Assembly: GCA_047284725.1 (NCBI GenBank)
Contig: JBJBEO010000001.1
Span: 2,517,550-2,581,549, forward strand
Length of the DNA stretch: 64,000 nt
DNA from: Synechococcus sp.
Lineage (GTDB): Bacteria > Cyanobacteriota > Cyanobacteriia > PCC-6307 > Cyanobiaceae
Direction: 5' to 3'
Below the pieces are notes generated by a model. That model saw only the letters and a program-made list of their open reading frames with translations, did no database searches and was not told the origin of the DNA. The translations under genes were made by a program, and so were the position numbers. This document shows positions 20,333 through 29,863 of this stretch, piece by piece (position 1 is the first letter of the stretch; every line of letters starts with the position of its first letter).

Positions 20333-23300
20333 ATGTCTGCGCTTTTAGATCTTGGCTTCTTTGGTTCAAAGAAAAAGAATCATCTTCTCGACACTCTCGA
20401 CGGTCAGTTCGTTAATCCCAGCAATGCTCAATCTCGGTCTAATTTTGCTGTAAATAGTGAGATTGTAGATTTATCTTACCCTACTCTTTGTAGTTGTTCG
20501 TATTGTTGCGGCCAAGTAGCTACAACGAGTCATTTCGATAACAGGCCAGGTCAAGCTGATGATAAGATTCCGCCGTTTGTTGATGTAGGAAATGGCAAAA
20601 AAGTAGCCGAGCTTGATGCATACAACGCAGCAACTGACTACTCTTTTAGCAGCACATCTCAGCAGCAGTCCTGGAGTGAAGGCGAAAGTATCACGCTGAC
20701 CTGGAGCATTGTTCTGGATGGCACAACAATTTTTGCAGCCTATCCAGGCGAAGGACAAGAGACGGGAGGGAGCAATCTTCAGGCAAAACTGACCGCACTC
20801 TATGGAAGCGAGGAGATTTGGCTGTCTTTATTCCAGCAATCATTTGACCGAATATCATCGATCAGTGGCGTTAATTATGTTTATGTCGACTATGACGATG
20901 GCGCATCCATAGGTGGCACTAATAATACCGGGGTGGATGGAGTAAGGGCGGATATTCGCATTGGCGGTATAACAATAGACGGCGCTGGTGGGATTTTAGC
21001 TTACAATTATTTTCCCGATTACGGTGATATGGTTATAGATACTTCAGAGCTTGAAGGTCAAGGATATTTCACAAGCACGGGTTCAAATTCACTGGCTTTT
21101 AGGAATATGATCCAACATGAAGCTCTCCATGGCTTAGGAATTTCCCATACAGAAAGCTCTGATTCCAGTTTTCTCATGGAGCCATTCATTAATACAAGCT
21201 TTGATGGCGTTCAATACGATGACATCTCGGCTGTGCAGAGTCGGTATGGTGATGCCCTTGAGCAAGGTGCAGGAAATAACAGTTTTTCAACAGCATACGA
21301 TCTTGGCCTGGCGAGTTCCAGCTTGAGCATTGGTTTTGATTCCATTGATATGCGCGTTGAGCCTGATGAGGTCAGTTTTTACTCGATTCATAATGCCTCT
21401 GATGTTGATTATTTTTATTTCGGTATCAGCCAAGCCTCTATACTATCTCTCACGCTGACGCCTACTGGGCCTAGCTATCGACAATCACCTCAAGGAGGTG
21501 ATGAGTTTTTCTATGACGCCTCGAGTCAGAACAATCTTGGCTTTAATGTTTATGACTCCAGCCAAAATCTAATTGTAGAAGTTGACAATGGGTCGCTTGG
21601 TTTTCAGGATGCTTGGAGCAGTGATTTTGCTCTTGCCGGCAATTATTACGTAAAAATCTTTGGGACGTCTGGTGTGTTTGACACATACCAGAGTTATCAA
21701 TTTGATATTGCTTTAGAACCAGCGACTCCTAATCAATCACCAACAGCAAGCAATGATGATGTGCAGATACAGGAAGATACATCGGTTAGCATTGATGTTT
21801 TGTTGAATGATAGCGATCCAGATGCCGATATCCTCGTGATTTCAAGCTTTGACACGAATTCATTGCAGGGGGGGCAAGTTGTTCTCAATCAGGTCACTAA
21901 TGAGCTTGAGTATACCCCAGTCTTGAATTTTTTTGGTACAGATCAATTCACGTATCAAGTCAGTGATGGTAACGGTGGCTTCGACACTGCAACTGTTCAG
22001 ATTAATGTGCTCGCTGTCAATGACGATCCTGTTGCCAATAATGACACAGCCACAACAGAACAAGAAACTCCGGTCATCGTCAATGTTCTTGCCAACGATG
22101 AGGATGTAGATGGTGATGCATTAGAGCTGATGAGCACCTCAGAGCCGTTAAATGGGTCGGTATCCATTAGCAATGGAGAAGTTGTGTACACTCCCAATTC
22201 GGGTTTTACGGGTGATGATTCATTCACTTATATCGTGTCTGATGGTCTACTCAGCAGCTCTGCCGAAGTGACCATTACTGTTAATCCTATGAGCGAAGTG
22301 GTCACCGCTCTAGATGCTGAGCGAGTAGATGGTGATTTCGGTAATTACATTGAAAATACCAGTGTTGAAGGAACTTTTGTCAAAGGTGATGGAATTAGCG
22401 CAGTGCTTAGAGAGGAGATTCAGCCGGTCACTGGAGGGAGAAAGCCAAAAAACGGCAGTGTCTTAGATCGCGTTTGGGAATTTTCAGGGCTTAATTCAGC
22501 AACTTCCTTCACGGTTACTGCATCGCTTGATGGTTTCGATCAAGATGAGATCCAGTTCTCTTATTCAACGGATCTTTCTGGTGGATGGATCGATTTCTCG
22601 GCTATCCGAGTCAATTCATCCTCTTTGACCACCTATACACAAGAAGGCCTTTCCCTGTCGGGAACAGTGTATGTAAGAGCTGTTGACACTGACCGATCTC
22701 CATCCAATGGCAATAGCACGCCAGATCTTTCTGAACTTTCCATTGATTTTATGGGTTTTGAGCAGGTGAATGATCCCAGTAATGGTGGGCCCGGGTCTCT
22801 GACAGCCATCGGTGGAGATCCAGTCGTTGGTTCAACACTAGTCGCGCCTGAAGTGATTGGGGATCCAGATGGATTTACCAAGTATCTTGAATACAAGTGG
22901 TATGTCAGCGGTACTGAAGTAAAAACGTATGTTCCAGGTTCTGAGGGTAATCCAGATCTATTGGTTTCTGAAGATTATTTAGATTTAGGTAAAGAGATTA
23001 CTGTTGTAGTCAGATACTTAGATGGTGAAGGATACGAGGAGAGTGTGACATCCGAATCAGTGACAATTTCTCTCCCGGCTCCTGGTAATGTTATTGAATT
23101 CACCGCTGACAGAGATGAGTTGTTGGGAGTAGAAAATAGCGTCGATTTGTTTACGTTGAATAATCTGACTGACGCGCTTGTTGGCGGTGGCAGGAATCCA
23201 AGCACTGACAGCATTACTGGGCTTGAGCTCAGTTCAGATAAGTTGGATTTTACTTCTGCAAATCAAGCCGCAGACTGGAGGGGCGATGGAAGATATGTAG

Positions 23301-23521
23301 GTGATGCGCGAAGCCTCAAGAATCGTGATCTAGGGCGTTTGCTGACATCTTCGGCTTTTCAAGCAAACGATATTGTTGCATTTTCTGTGAGTGGTGACAA
23401 TCAATCGATTTATTTGGCTGTCAATGATCAATTCAATGGGTTTGATAACTCCACTGACGCCATTATAAGATTGATCGGCATTGAACAGTCAGATGTGAAT
23501 AATATTATGCTCGTAGCCTAA
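20333..23521 (+). CDS. Large multidomain M10/matrixin-type zinc metalloprotease with PPC-like, tandem Ig/cadherin-like and bluetail-like C-terminal domains
   Basis: HEALHGLGISH (HExxHxxGxxH), Met-turn FLMEP, GILAYNYFP, two NxxPxAxxD...YTP..F.G.D.FTY.VSDG repeats and C-terminal YLAVND..GF....DAII.L.G. Confidence 0.85.
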   Translation: MSALLDLGFFGSKKKNHLLDTLDGQFVNPSNAQSRSNFAVNSEIVDLSYPTLCSCSYCCGQVATTSHFDNRPGQADDKIPPFVDVGNGKKVAELDAYNAATDYSFSSTSQQQSWSEGESITLTWSIVLDGTTIFAAYPGEGQETGGSNLQAKLTALYGSEEIWLSLFQQSFDRISSISGVNYVYVDYDDGASIGGTNNTGVDGVRADIRIGGITIDGAGGILAYNYFPDYGDMVIDTSELEGQGYFTSTGSNSLAFRNMIQHEALHGLGISHTESSDSSFLMEPFINTSFDGVQYDDISAVQSRYGDALEQGAGNNSFSTAYDLGLASSSLSIGFDSIDMRVEPDEVSFYSIHNASDVDYFYFGISQASILSLTLTPTGPSYRQSPQGGDEFFYDASSQNNLGFNVYDSSQNLIVEVDNGSLGFQDAWSSDFALAGNYYVKIFGTSGVFDTYQSYQFDIALEPATPNQSPTASNDDVQIQEDTSVSIDVLLNDSDPDADILVISSFDTNSLQGGQVVLNQVTNELEYTPVLNFFGTDQFTYQVSDGNGGFDTATVQINVLAVNDDPVANNDTATTEQETPVIVNVLANDEDVDGDALELMSTSEPLNGSVSISNGEVVYTPNSGFTGDDSFTYIVSDGLLSSSAEVTITVNPMSEVVTALDAERVDGDFGNYIENTSVEGTFVKGDGISAVLREEIQPVTGGRKPKNGSVLDRVWEFSGLNSATSFTVTASLDGFDQDEIQFSYSTDLSGGWIDFSAIRVNSSSLTTYTQEGLSLSGTVYVRAVDTDRSPSNGNSTPDLSELSIDFMGFEQVNDPSNGGPGSLTAIGGDPVVGSTLVAPEVIGDPDGFTKYLEYKWYVSGTEVKTYVPGSEGNPDLLVSEDYLDLGKEITVVVRYLDGEGYEESVTSESVTISLPAPGNVIEFTADRDELLGVENSVDLFTLNNLTDALVGGGRNPSTDSITGLELSSDKLDFTSANQAADWRGDGRYVGDARSLKNRDLGRLLTSSAFQANDIVAFSVSGDNQSIYLAVNDQFNGFDNSTDAIIRLIGIEQSDVNNIMLVA

Positions 23522-23622
23522 TTTGATGTTCGCTAAATAAGTTTGTCCTCATGCTGATGAGGGTCCTCGACCCTATTAATAGTCATTGTGGCCATTGTGA
23601 GAATGAACCGCTGAGATTTGGC

Positions 23623-24273
23623 CTACGTGCTCAACCATTGCCAGCTCAGGCCGACAGCCAGAGGCACCGTGAGATTGTCGATGCCCCAGCGGCTCACCTG
23701 TTCCAGTCCCACCGCCAGCAGACTGATCAGCAGCAAGCCTGTGGCATCCGGATGGTGAGGGCTGAACAGGCTCAAACCAACTAGAACTCCAAGGCTGACC
23801 ACGGCCATGGTGAGGGTTCCCGCGATTGATTTTGTCTGCCCCCAGATCTGCCATCTGGCTGATGGCACGGCTCGGCCGATCAGTCCAGCCAGTCCATCGG
23901 CGGCAGCCATCACCAGCAAGCCAGCACAGGCGGCCTGCGGATGCTCTGGCCAGAACAGCACCAGCAGGATTGTGATGGCCAATCCATACGCGACCGTGCC
24001 ATAACTTCGGCGATCCACATCCTCAACGGCTGGCAGCAATCGCCAGCGGTGGTTGATCAAGGCCACCACGGTGATCGCCCCGGCAATGGGTACGGCCCAT
24101 CCCACAGGAATTGCAAAGTGCCACGCCAGGGGGAGCACCATGCCGCTGCCGATGTGCACGATCTTGCGGCTCAGTTCCCGCTGCTCTGGCCAGCGGCTGC
24201 GGGCGAGCACCGCCGCGATCAGCACGCTACCGATCCATGCGGTGATCACACCGATGCCGACCAGGGGAGGCAA
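23623..24273 (-). CDS. Phytol/dolichol kinase (CTP-dependent) family
   Basis: ELSRKIVHIGSG, ADGLAGLIG, KSIAGT and GIDNLTVP. Confidence 0.9.
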   Translation of the reverse strand: MPPLVGIGVITAWIGSVLIAAVLARSRWPEQRELSRKIVHIGSGMVLPLAWHFAIPVGWAVPIAGAITVVALINHRWRLLPAVEDVDRRSYGTVAYGLAITILLVLFWPEHPQAACAGLLVMAAADGLAGLIGRAVPSARWQIWGQTKSIAGTLTMAVVSLGVLVGLSLFSPHHPDATGLLLISLLAVGLEQVSRWGIDNLTVPLAVGLSWQWLST

Positions 24274-24304
24274 GGCAGAGAGAGCAGAGAAGGCCTGAAG
24301 AATG

Positions 24305-25333
24305 TCAGGCCGCCTGCTGATGGTTCGTCATCGTGCGCAGCTTGAGGATGGCCTTGGCTTCCAGCTGGCGCACCCGCTCGCGCGAGACATTGATCTGGCG
24401 ACCAATCTCCGCAAGGGTGAGGGGTTCTTCGCCATCGAGGCCGAAGCGCAGCCGCAGGATCTTCTGTTCCCGTTCGTTCAACTGCGAGAGCCAGCCGCCC
24501 AGGTGCTCCTTCTGGATGCTGCGGTCCATGCCCTCCATCGGCTCGTTGCCGTTGGGGTCGGGAATCAGTTCACCCAGGGTGCTGCGATCTTCTTCGCCAC
24601 GGGCGTGAGCATCCAGCGAGGCGCAAGGAGCACTCTGGGAAATCAGGTCTTCCAGGTCTCGGGGTTCGATGCCCATGGCATTGGCCAGTTCGAGACGGTT
24701 CGGTTGACGACCGAAGCGGTGCGAGAGCTCCCTGGAGATGCGACGCATCTTGGAGAGTTTTTCGCTGATGTGAATGGGCAGGCGGATGGTGCGTGCGCTG
24801 TTGTCAATCGCTCGGGTCATGCCCTGGCGGATCCACCAGTAGGCATAGGTGGAAAATTTGTAGCCCATCGCCGGATCGAACTTGTCCACGGCGCGTTCCA
24901 GGCCGATGGCCCCTTCCTGCACCAGATCGAGCAGTTCCAGGCCCTGGTTCTGATACTTCTTGGCAACACTCACCACAAGGCGAAGGTTGGCCGCCATCAT
25001 CCGGTCACGGGCGCGTTTGCCCATGCGGATCTTGTGGCGATCCCGCGGGCTGCGCTCGTCTTCAGGCGTCTCCAGAAGTTGTTTCATCGCCTGCACATGG
25101 TGGGCAAGCTCAATTTCTTCGGCCGCTGTGAGGAGCGGAATCCTTCCGATACTGCTGAGGTAGTAGGCAATGGAGTCGGTGGAGAGTCGTCCACCCTGTT
25201 TGATCTGACGTGCCGCTTGTGAAGCACGACGTGACTCAGCAGTGTTGCGAACACGGTTGGCGTTCGGCAACACAGGCTCCGACGGAGTGATGCGTTGGGC
25301 ATCATCCGTGGATTCCAGAGGGATCCCCATCAC
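24305..25333 (-). CDS. Group 2 RNA polymerase sigma-70 factor
   Basis: ANLRLVVSVAKKY, FDPAMGYKFSTYAYWWIRQ and SRERVRQLE; lacks region 1.1. Confidence 0.93.
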   Translation of the reverse strand: MMGIPLESTDDAQRITPSEPVLPNANRVRNTAESRRASQAARQIKQGGRLSTDSIAYYLSSIGRIPLLTAAEEIELAHHVQAMKQLLETPEDERSPRDRHKIRMGKRARDRMMAANLRLVVSVAKKYQNQGLELLDLVQEGAIGLERAVDKFDPAMGYKFSTYAYWWIRQGMTRAIDNSARTIRLPIHISEKLSKMRRISRELSHRFGRQPNRLELANAMGIEPRDLEDLISQSAPCASLDAHARGEEDRSTLGELIPDPNGNEPMEGMDRSIQKEHLGGWLSQLNEREQKILRLRFGLDGEEPLTLAEIGRQINVSRERVRQLEAKAILKLRTMTNHQQAA

Positions 25334-25527
25334 CCTGGCCTCCTGAAATTAGATTTGGGCGCAACTTAGCACCCGCTGAGCCAGCTGTTGCCCTTGATTC
25401 TGAAAATTTCACGAACAAATTCTTCCTGGGTTTTTGTGCTCATGCGGCGCGAATTAGCTGTAATTTTTGCTTTGTTTTCGGTTTGTCTTGATCGCTTCTT
25501 GTGATTGTGAAGTAGCAATGATCACGT

Positions 25528-27696
25528 TCAGCTGATCTGGCTGGGCTCGGGTTTGCTGTTGGTGGTGGGCGCGGGTAGTCCTTGTCGCCAGAGCTCGCTG
25601 AGGGCGGACTGGGCATGGAGGCTGTGGCGGCCGGGTTTGCGTTGGCTGAAGCTGCCGTCACTGTTCATGTCCCAGGCGCCACTGTTGTCTTGGAGGTACA
25701 GCTCGAGCAGTCTCTCCAGTTGCTGACGCAAGGCCGGCTCTTCCACGGGGCTGAGGGCTTCCACCCTGCGGTCGAGATTGCGTGGCATCCAGTCGGCGCT
25801 GCCGATGAAGACCTCCGGTTCTCCATTGTTGGCGAACCAGAAGATGCGTGAGTGCTCGAGATAGCGCCCAATAATGCTCACCACTGTGATGGTTTCGCTC
25901 AGTCCTTCCCTGCCCGGATACAGGCAGCACATGCCCCGAATCACCAGGTCGATGGTGACCCCTGCCTGGGACGCTTCATACAGGAGCGCAACGATCGCTG
26001 GATCCACCAGTGAATTCATCTTGGCTCGGATATGGCCCCCGAGGCCTTGCTTCGCATGCTTCATCTCCCGTCGGATCAGGTCTTCCATGCCTTTGCGCAG
26101 GGTGACCGGTGCCACCAGCAATTTGCGGAAGCTCTGCTGCTTGGAGAAACCGGTGAGGTAATTGAACAGTTCCACCAGGTCTTGCCCCAGTTCTGGCTCA
26201 GCCGACAGCAGGCCGATATCGGTATAGAGCTTCGATGTTTTGGAGTTGTAGTTGCCTGTGCCGATGTGCACATAGCTGCGGAGTCGTTGTTTCTCTTTCC
26301 GCACCACCAGAACAATCTTCGTATGGGTCTTGAGTCCGATCACGCCATAGACCACATGCACGCCTGAACTTTCCAGGTGCTTGGCCCACTGGATGTTGTT
26401 GTCTTCATCGAAACGGGCTTTCAGCTCCACCAGTGCCATCACCTGTTTGCCGTTTTCGGCTGCACGGATCAGGGCCGCGATGATCGGGGAGTCCTTCGAT
26501 GTGCGGTAGAGCGTCATCTTGATGCCCATCACCTGCGGGTCATCGGCTGCCTGGTTGATGAATTCCTCCACGGAGGTGGAGAACAGGTCGTAGGGATGGT
26601 GCAGCAGCACATCGCCCCGTCGGATCACCGAGAAGATGCTTTGGAACTCCTCTTCCTTGATCGAGCCGTCGTCCAGCTTGCTGCGTTGGGTTCGGGTGAG
26701 TGATTTGGCTGTGTAGCTGTTGAGTGGTTCGTCTTTGAGCGCGTCGAGCGGGAGCGCCAGCAAACTGAACAGATCGTCGAGACCGAGTGGACCATCAATG
26801 CGATAGAGGTCGTCTTCCGCCACTGACATGCCATCCATCAACATCTCGACCACGTCATCCGGCATTTCGTTGGCCACCTCAAGTCGCACCACTTCTCCCC
26901 CCATCCGGCGTTTGTGAAGGCCCTGCTCAATCGCGATCATCAGATCGTCGGCTTCCAGGTCTCGCAGCTCCAGGTCCGCATCCCGGGTGACGCGAAAAAA
27001 GTAGTGGCCCTCCACGGTCATCCCTGGAAACAGAAGGCTGAGGTTGAAGGCCACCACCTGCTCCAGGGGGACCGCGGTGTGAACCGGTTCAGCCTCCGTA
27101 TCGCCCAAGTCGGTGGGCATCGCCACGAAGCGCGGCAGGATTTTCTGCGGCACCTTCACCCGAGCCAGCAGCCGTTGACCGCTGTCGGGATCGACCACAA
27201 GAGCCGCCACATTGAGGCTGAGGTTGCTGACAAAGGGGAAGGGGTGGGCCGGGTCCACTGCCAAGGGCGTCAGCACCGGGAAGATGGCGGTGAGGAAGAA
27301 GTTGTCGATCCACAGCCGCTGGCGCTCGTTCAGCTGGGCGTAATCGAGGAGTTGAACGTCGTGCTTGTGAAGCTCCGTCTTGAGATGGCTCCGGTAATGC
27401 CGCTGCTGCTGTTCCAGCAGCGGGATCAGGGCGGTGCGAATGGCCTTCAGCTGCTGTTGCGGTGTGCGGCCGTCGGCACTGGTGCGGCTGATCCCGGCCT
27501 CCACCTGAGATTTCAGTGAGGCCACCCTCACCATGAAAAATTCATCGAGGTTGTTGCTGAAGATCGCGCTGAATTTCGCCTGTTCCAACAGAGGCGTGCG
27601 TTGGTCGAGGGCCTGGGCCAACACCCGTTGGTTGAAGGCAATCCAGCTCAGTTCCCTGTTGATGTACAGCTCGGGATCCAGGGAACGAACGGCCAT
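25528..27696 (-). CDS. ppk: Polyphosphate kinase 1
   Basis: NRELSWIAFN.RVL, LHHPY, ELKARFDE, KTHTK, GTGNYN and SADWMPRNLDRRVE. Confidence 0.97.
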   Translation of the reverse strand: MAVRSLDPELYINRELSWIAFNQRVLAQALDQRTPLLEQAKFSAIFSNNLDEFFMVRVASLKSQVEAGISRTSADGRTPQQQLKAIRTALIPLLEQQQRHYRSHLKTELHKHDVQLLDYAQLNERQRLWIDNFFLTAIFPVLTPLAVDPAHPFPFVSNLSLNVAALVVDPDSGQRLLARVKVPQKILPRFVAMPTDLGDTEAEPVHTAVPLEQVVAFNLSLLFPGMTVEGHYFFRVTRDADLELRDLEADDLMIAIEQGLHKRRMGGEVVRLEVANEMPDDVVEMLMDGMSVAEDDLYRIDGPLGLDDLFSLLALPLDALKDEPLNSYTAKSLTRTQRSKLDDGSIKEEEFQSIFSVIRRGDVLLHHPYDLFSTSVEEFINQAADDPQVMGIKMTLYRTSKDSPIIAALIRAAENGKQVMALVELKARFDEDNNIQWAKHLESSGVHVVYGVIGLKTHTKIVLVVRKEKQRLRSYVHIGTGNYNSKTSKLYTDIGLLSAEPELGQDLVELFNYLTGFSKQQSFRKLLVAPVTLRKGMEDLIRREMKHAKQGLGGHIRAKMNSLVDPAIVALLYEASQAGVTIDLVIRGMCCLYPGREGLSETITVVSIIGRYLEHSRIFWFANNGEPEVFIGSADWMPRNLDRRVEALSPVEEPALRQQLERLLELYLQDNSGAWDMNSDGSFSQRKPGRHSLHAQSALSELWRQGLPAPTTNSKPEPSQIS

Positions 27697-27808
27697 CAGA
27701 GCAGTTGAGGAGGGCGGGAACCCTTTGTCGGAAACGTAGCAATCGCCTGGGAGTGGGCGAGAGCGCTGGTGGTTCAGCTGTGGAGGGCGTGTCCGCTGTG
27801 GTGATCGG

Positions 27809-28888
27809 TCACCCGCCCACTGATGCTCTCCACTGGATCAGCTGTTCGAGCACGGCCAGGCCACGTCCCTGGCTGAGGAGATCTGCAGCCTGGTGAAGGC
27901 CTGCTTCCAGGCTTGTGCTTGCTCCAGCCATCCACAGGTAGACGCCAGCGTTCCAGCGCAGGGCTGAGGCCAGCGGGCCACGGTTCTCCAGGGCTTCATG
28001 CGCCTGCTGCGTCCACTGCGCCAGGTCAGTCCATTCCTGGTCGCCGCCGAAGCAGGCATGGTCACGGGGATGCAGGATCAGTCGTTCGGCGGCTCGGCCT
28101 CGTCGCAGTCGTGCGGTGATGCAGGCGCGGCTAATCGGTAGATCCGTGCCACCTTCCTGACCCTTCACGGTGATGACATCGTGTTCTCCAGCCAGGATCA
28201 GGGCCTCCCAGGCTCGGCTTTCCGTCGGGGGATGCACGAAACCGCTCACCAGCAGATGGTCGCCGTCATGGGCGGTCCAGAGCAGTTCCGCACTGGCGAT
28301 CGGTGGGCGTTTGCCCAGGTCATCACGATGGGGAATGAGGTGCTCGGCCAACGGGAAATGGGTGGGTTGATGCACCAGGGCCAGGCCATGGCTGTTGAAG
28401 CCTGATTGCACGGCTTCAAGGGGAAGATCAGCGAGCTGCAGGCCGAGGGCTTCAAACAGTTCAGCGGCTGTGATGCCGTATTTCACCGGCATCCGGCCCC
28501 CCGCCTGGAGCACCACCGGTTGACCAACACTGAGCAGAACCAGCGTTGTCAACGGATAGAGCGGCGCTGTGCGCTTGCGGCCGTCGAAGGGCATGCCGAA
28601 ACAGATCGGTCGCGCCTGCTCAGGGGCACTGGTGAGTCGGGGTCCAAGACGCCGATAGGTATCCACCATGCCGGTCAGTTCCTGCGGCTCAGGTCGACGG
28701 ATTCGATGGGCGATCAGAAACGCTCCGATCTGGGCGTCGGAGGCTTCGCCGGTGAGCATGAGCTCGAAAGCTTCATCGGCTTCGGCACGGCTCAGCCCTG
28801 TGCTGGTGTGCTCACCACTGCCAACCTTGCGCAGCAGCTCCTTGAAGCGTTCCCGCGAGGAACGCTCAGCTGGCTTGGTTTGCAGCAC
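27809..28888 (-). CDS. cnaT: Anthranilate phosphoribosyltransferase-like protein (CnaT/YbiB type)
   Basis: QIGAFLIAHRI, GMPFDGRKRT and SGFVHPPTE; lacks the TrpD GTGGD motif; lies in the nitrate cluster like Anabaena cnaT. Confidence 0.7.
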   Translation of the reverse strand: MLQTKPAERSSRERFKELLRKVGSGEHTSTGLSRAEADEAFELMLTGEASDAQIGAFLIAHRIRRPEPQELTGMVDTYRRLGPRLTSAPEQARPICFGMPFDGRKRTAPLYPLTTLVLLSVGQPVVLQAGGRMPVKYGITAAELFEALGLQLADLPLEAVQSGFNSHGLALVHQPTHFPLAEHLIPHRDDLGKRPPIASAELLWTAHDGDHLLVSGFVHPPTESRAWEALILAGEHDVITVKGQEGGTDLPISRACITARLRRGRAAERLILHPRDHACFGGDQEWTDLAQWTQQAHEALENRGPLASALRWNAGVYLWMAGASTSLEAGLHQAADLLSQGRGLAVLEQLIQWRASVGG

Positions 28889-28942
28889 GACAGGTGACCA
28901 CCGAATAGAGGTAATCCTCCAAGGTCGCGCGACGGCCTGGAA

Positions 28943-28956
28943 GTAGCAGTTGCTAC
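28943..28956. promoter_or_regulatory. NtcA box upstream of the cnaT-like gene
   Basis: GTA-GCAGTTGC-TAC, perfect match, intergenic. Confidence 0.75.
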
Positions 28957-29323
28957 CAGCAGCCCAGGCCTGCCTGACTGCCATGGCGTGGATGATCAGG
29001 GTGATGGCGACCTTCGGCGTAGTAGAGGCGCTCGATGATCAGATTGGGGAACGCCGGTGTGGCGTGATTGGTGGCGGTGGACAGTGTGAATCCACGGTTG
29101 ACGCGTTCAGCCAAACGTTTGAACATGGGATTAATTCAAAGTAAATTTATTTCCGCACCATTGCGTCATCCTTGCTGTCGCGATTGCTGCAAAATCGATT
29201 GCAAGTTTTCTGGGTTTTGGTAGCAAGTATTTCATTTTGAGGCTGGGCTTGCAGCAAAGGTTGATAGGCCGTTCAAGGCTCCTGCGAGGGAGCTTTGCGG
29301 TCGAGATTCCGCAATCAGGTTTT

Positions 29324-29803
29324 ATGACTGCTTCCACGTTGACGTCTTCGTTGGCTGCGCCTTCCCAGGCCACTGTGACTGCTTCACTGATGGCTGCGAA
29401 GAAGGCGAAAGGGCTGAGTTTTGCTGATCTTGAGACTGCTCTGGGTCTGGATGAAGTCTGGATTGCCTCACTGTTTTATGGTCAGGCCACCGCGTCTCCT
29501 GAAGAAGCAGACAAGCTGGCTTCCTTGCTGTCGCTCGATCCTGCCATCACTGCGGCGTTGCAGGAGTATCCCACCAAGGGAAGCCTTGAGCCAGTGATCC
29601 CGACGGATCCACTGATCTATCGCTTCTACGAGATCATGCAGGTGTATGGCATGCCGCTCAAGGATGTGATCCAGGAGAAATTCGGTGATGGCATCATGAG
29701 CGCCATCGATTTCACCCTGGATGTTGACAAGGTCGAAGATCCAAAGGGTGATCGCGTGAAAATCACCATGTGCGGAAAATTCCTTCCTTACAAAAAATGG
29801 TGA
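29324..29803 (+). CDS. cynS: Cyanase
   Basis: [25 protein letters not shown] and GKFLPY. Confidence 0.97.
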   Translation: MTASTLTSSLAAPSQATVTASLMAAKKAKGLSFADLETALGLDEVWIASLFYGQATASPEEADKLASLLSLDPAITAALQEYPTKGSLEPVIPTDPLIYRFYEIMQVYGMPLKDVIQEKFGDGIMSAIDFTLDVDKVEDPKGDRVKITMCGKFLPYKKW

Positions 29804-29830
29804 TGGTCTGACGACAAGGGGGAGCATTGC

Positions 29831-29854
29831 AGCCCGGGATTCCCGGGCTTTTTT
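29831..29854 (+). terminator. Terminator after cynS
   Basis: AGCCCGGG-ATT-CCCGGGCT-TTTTT. Confidence 0.8.
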
Positions 29855-29863
29855 CATGCTTGC

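Larger units (their letters stand above)
18955..23622. mobile_element. Horizontally acquired AT-richer islet, no mobility gene visible
   Basis: Abrupt compositional shift relative to the flanks, att-like repeat, ORFan cargo. Confidence 0.65.

Noticed and set aside
18955..23622. Prophage, IS element or tRNA-targeting integrative element
   Set aside because: No integrase, transposase, phage gene or tRNA fragment recognised.
28950..29373. Short ORFs in the cnaT-cynS gap, and similarly 31660..31851 between nirA and focA
   Set aside because: No motifs or RBS support, and they overlap regulatory sites or hairpins.
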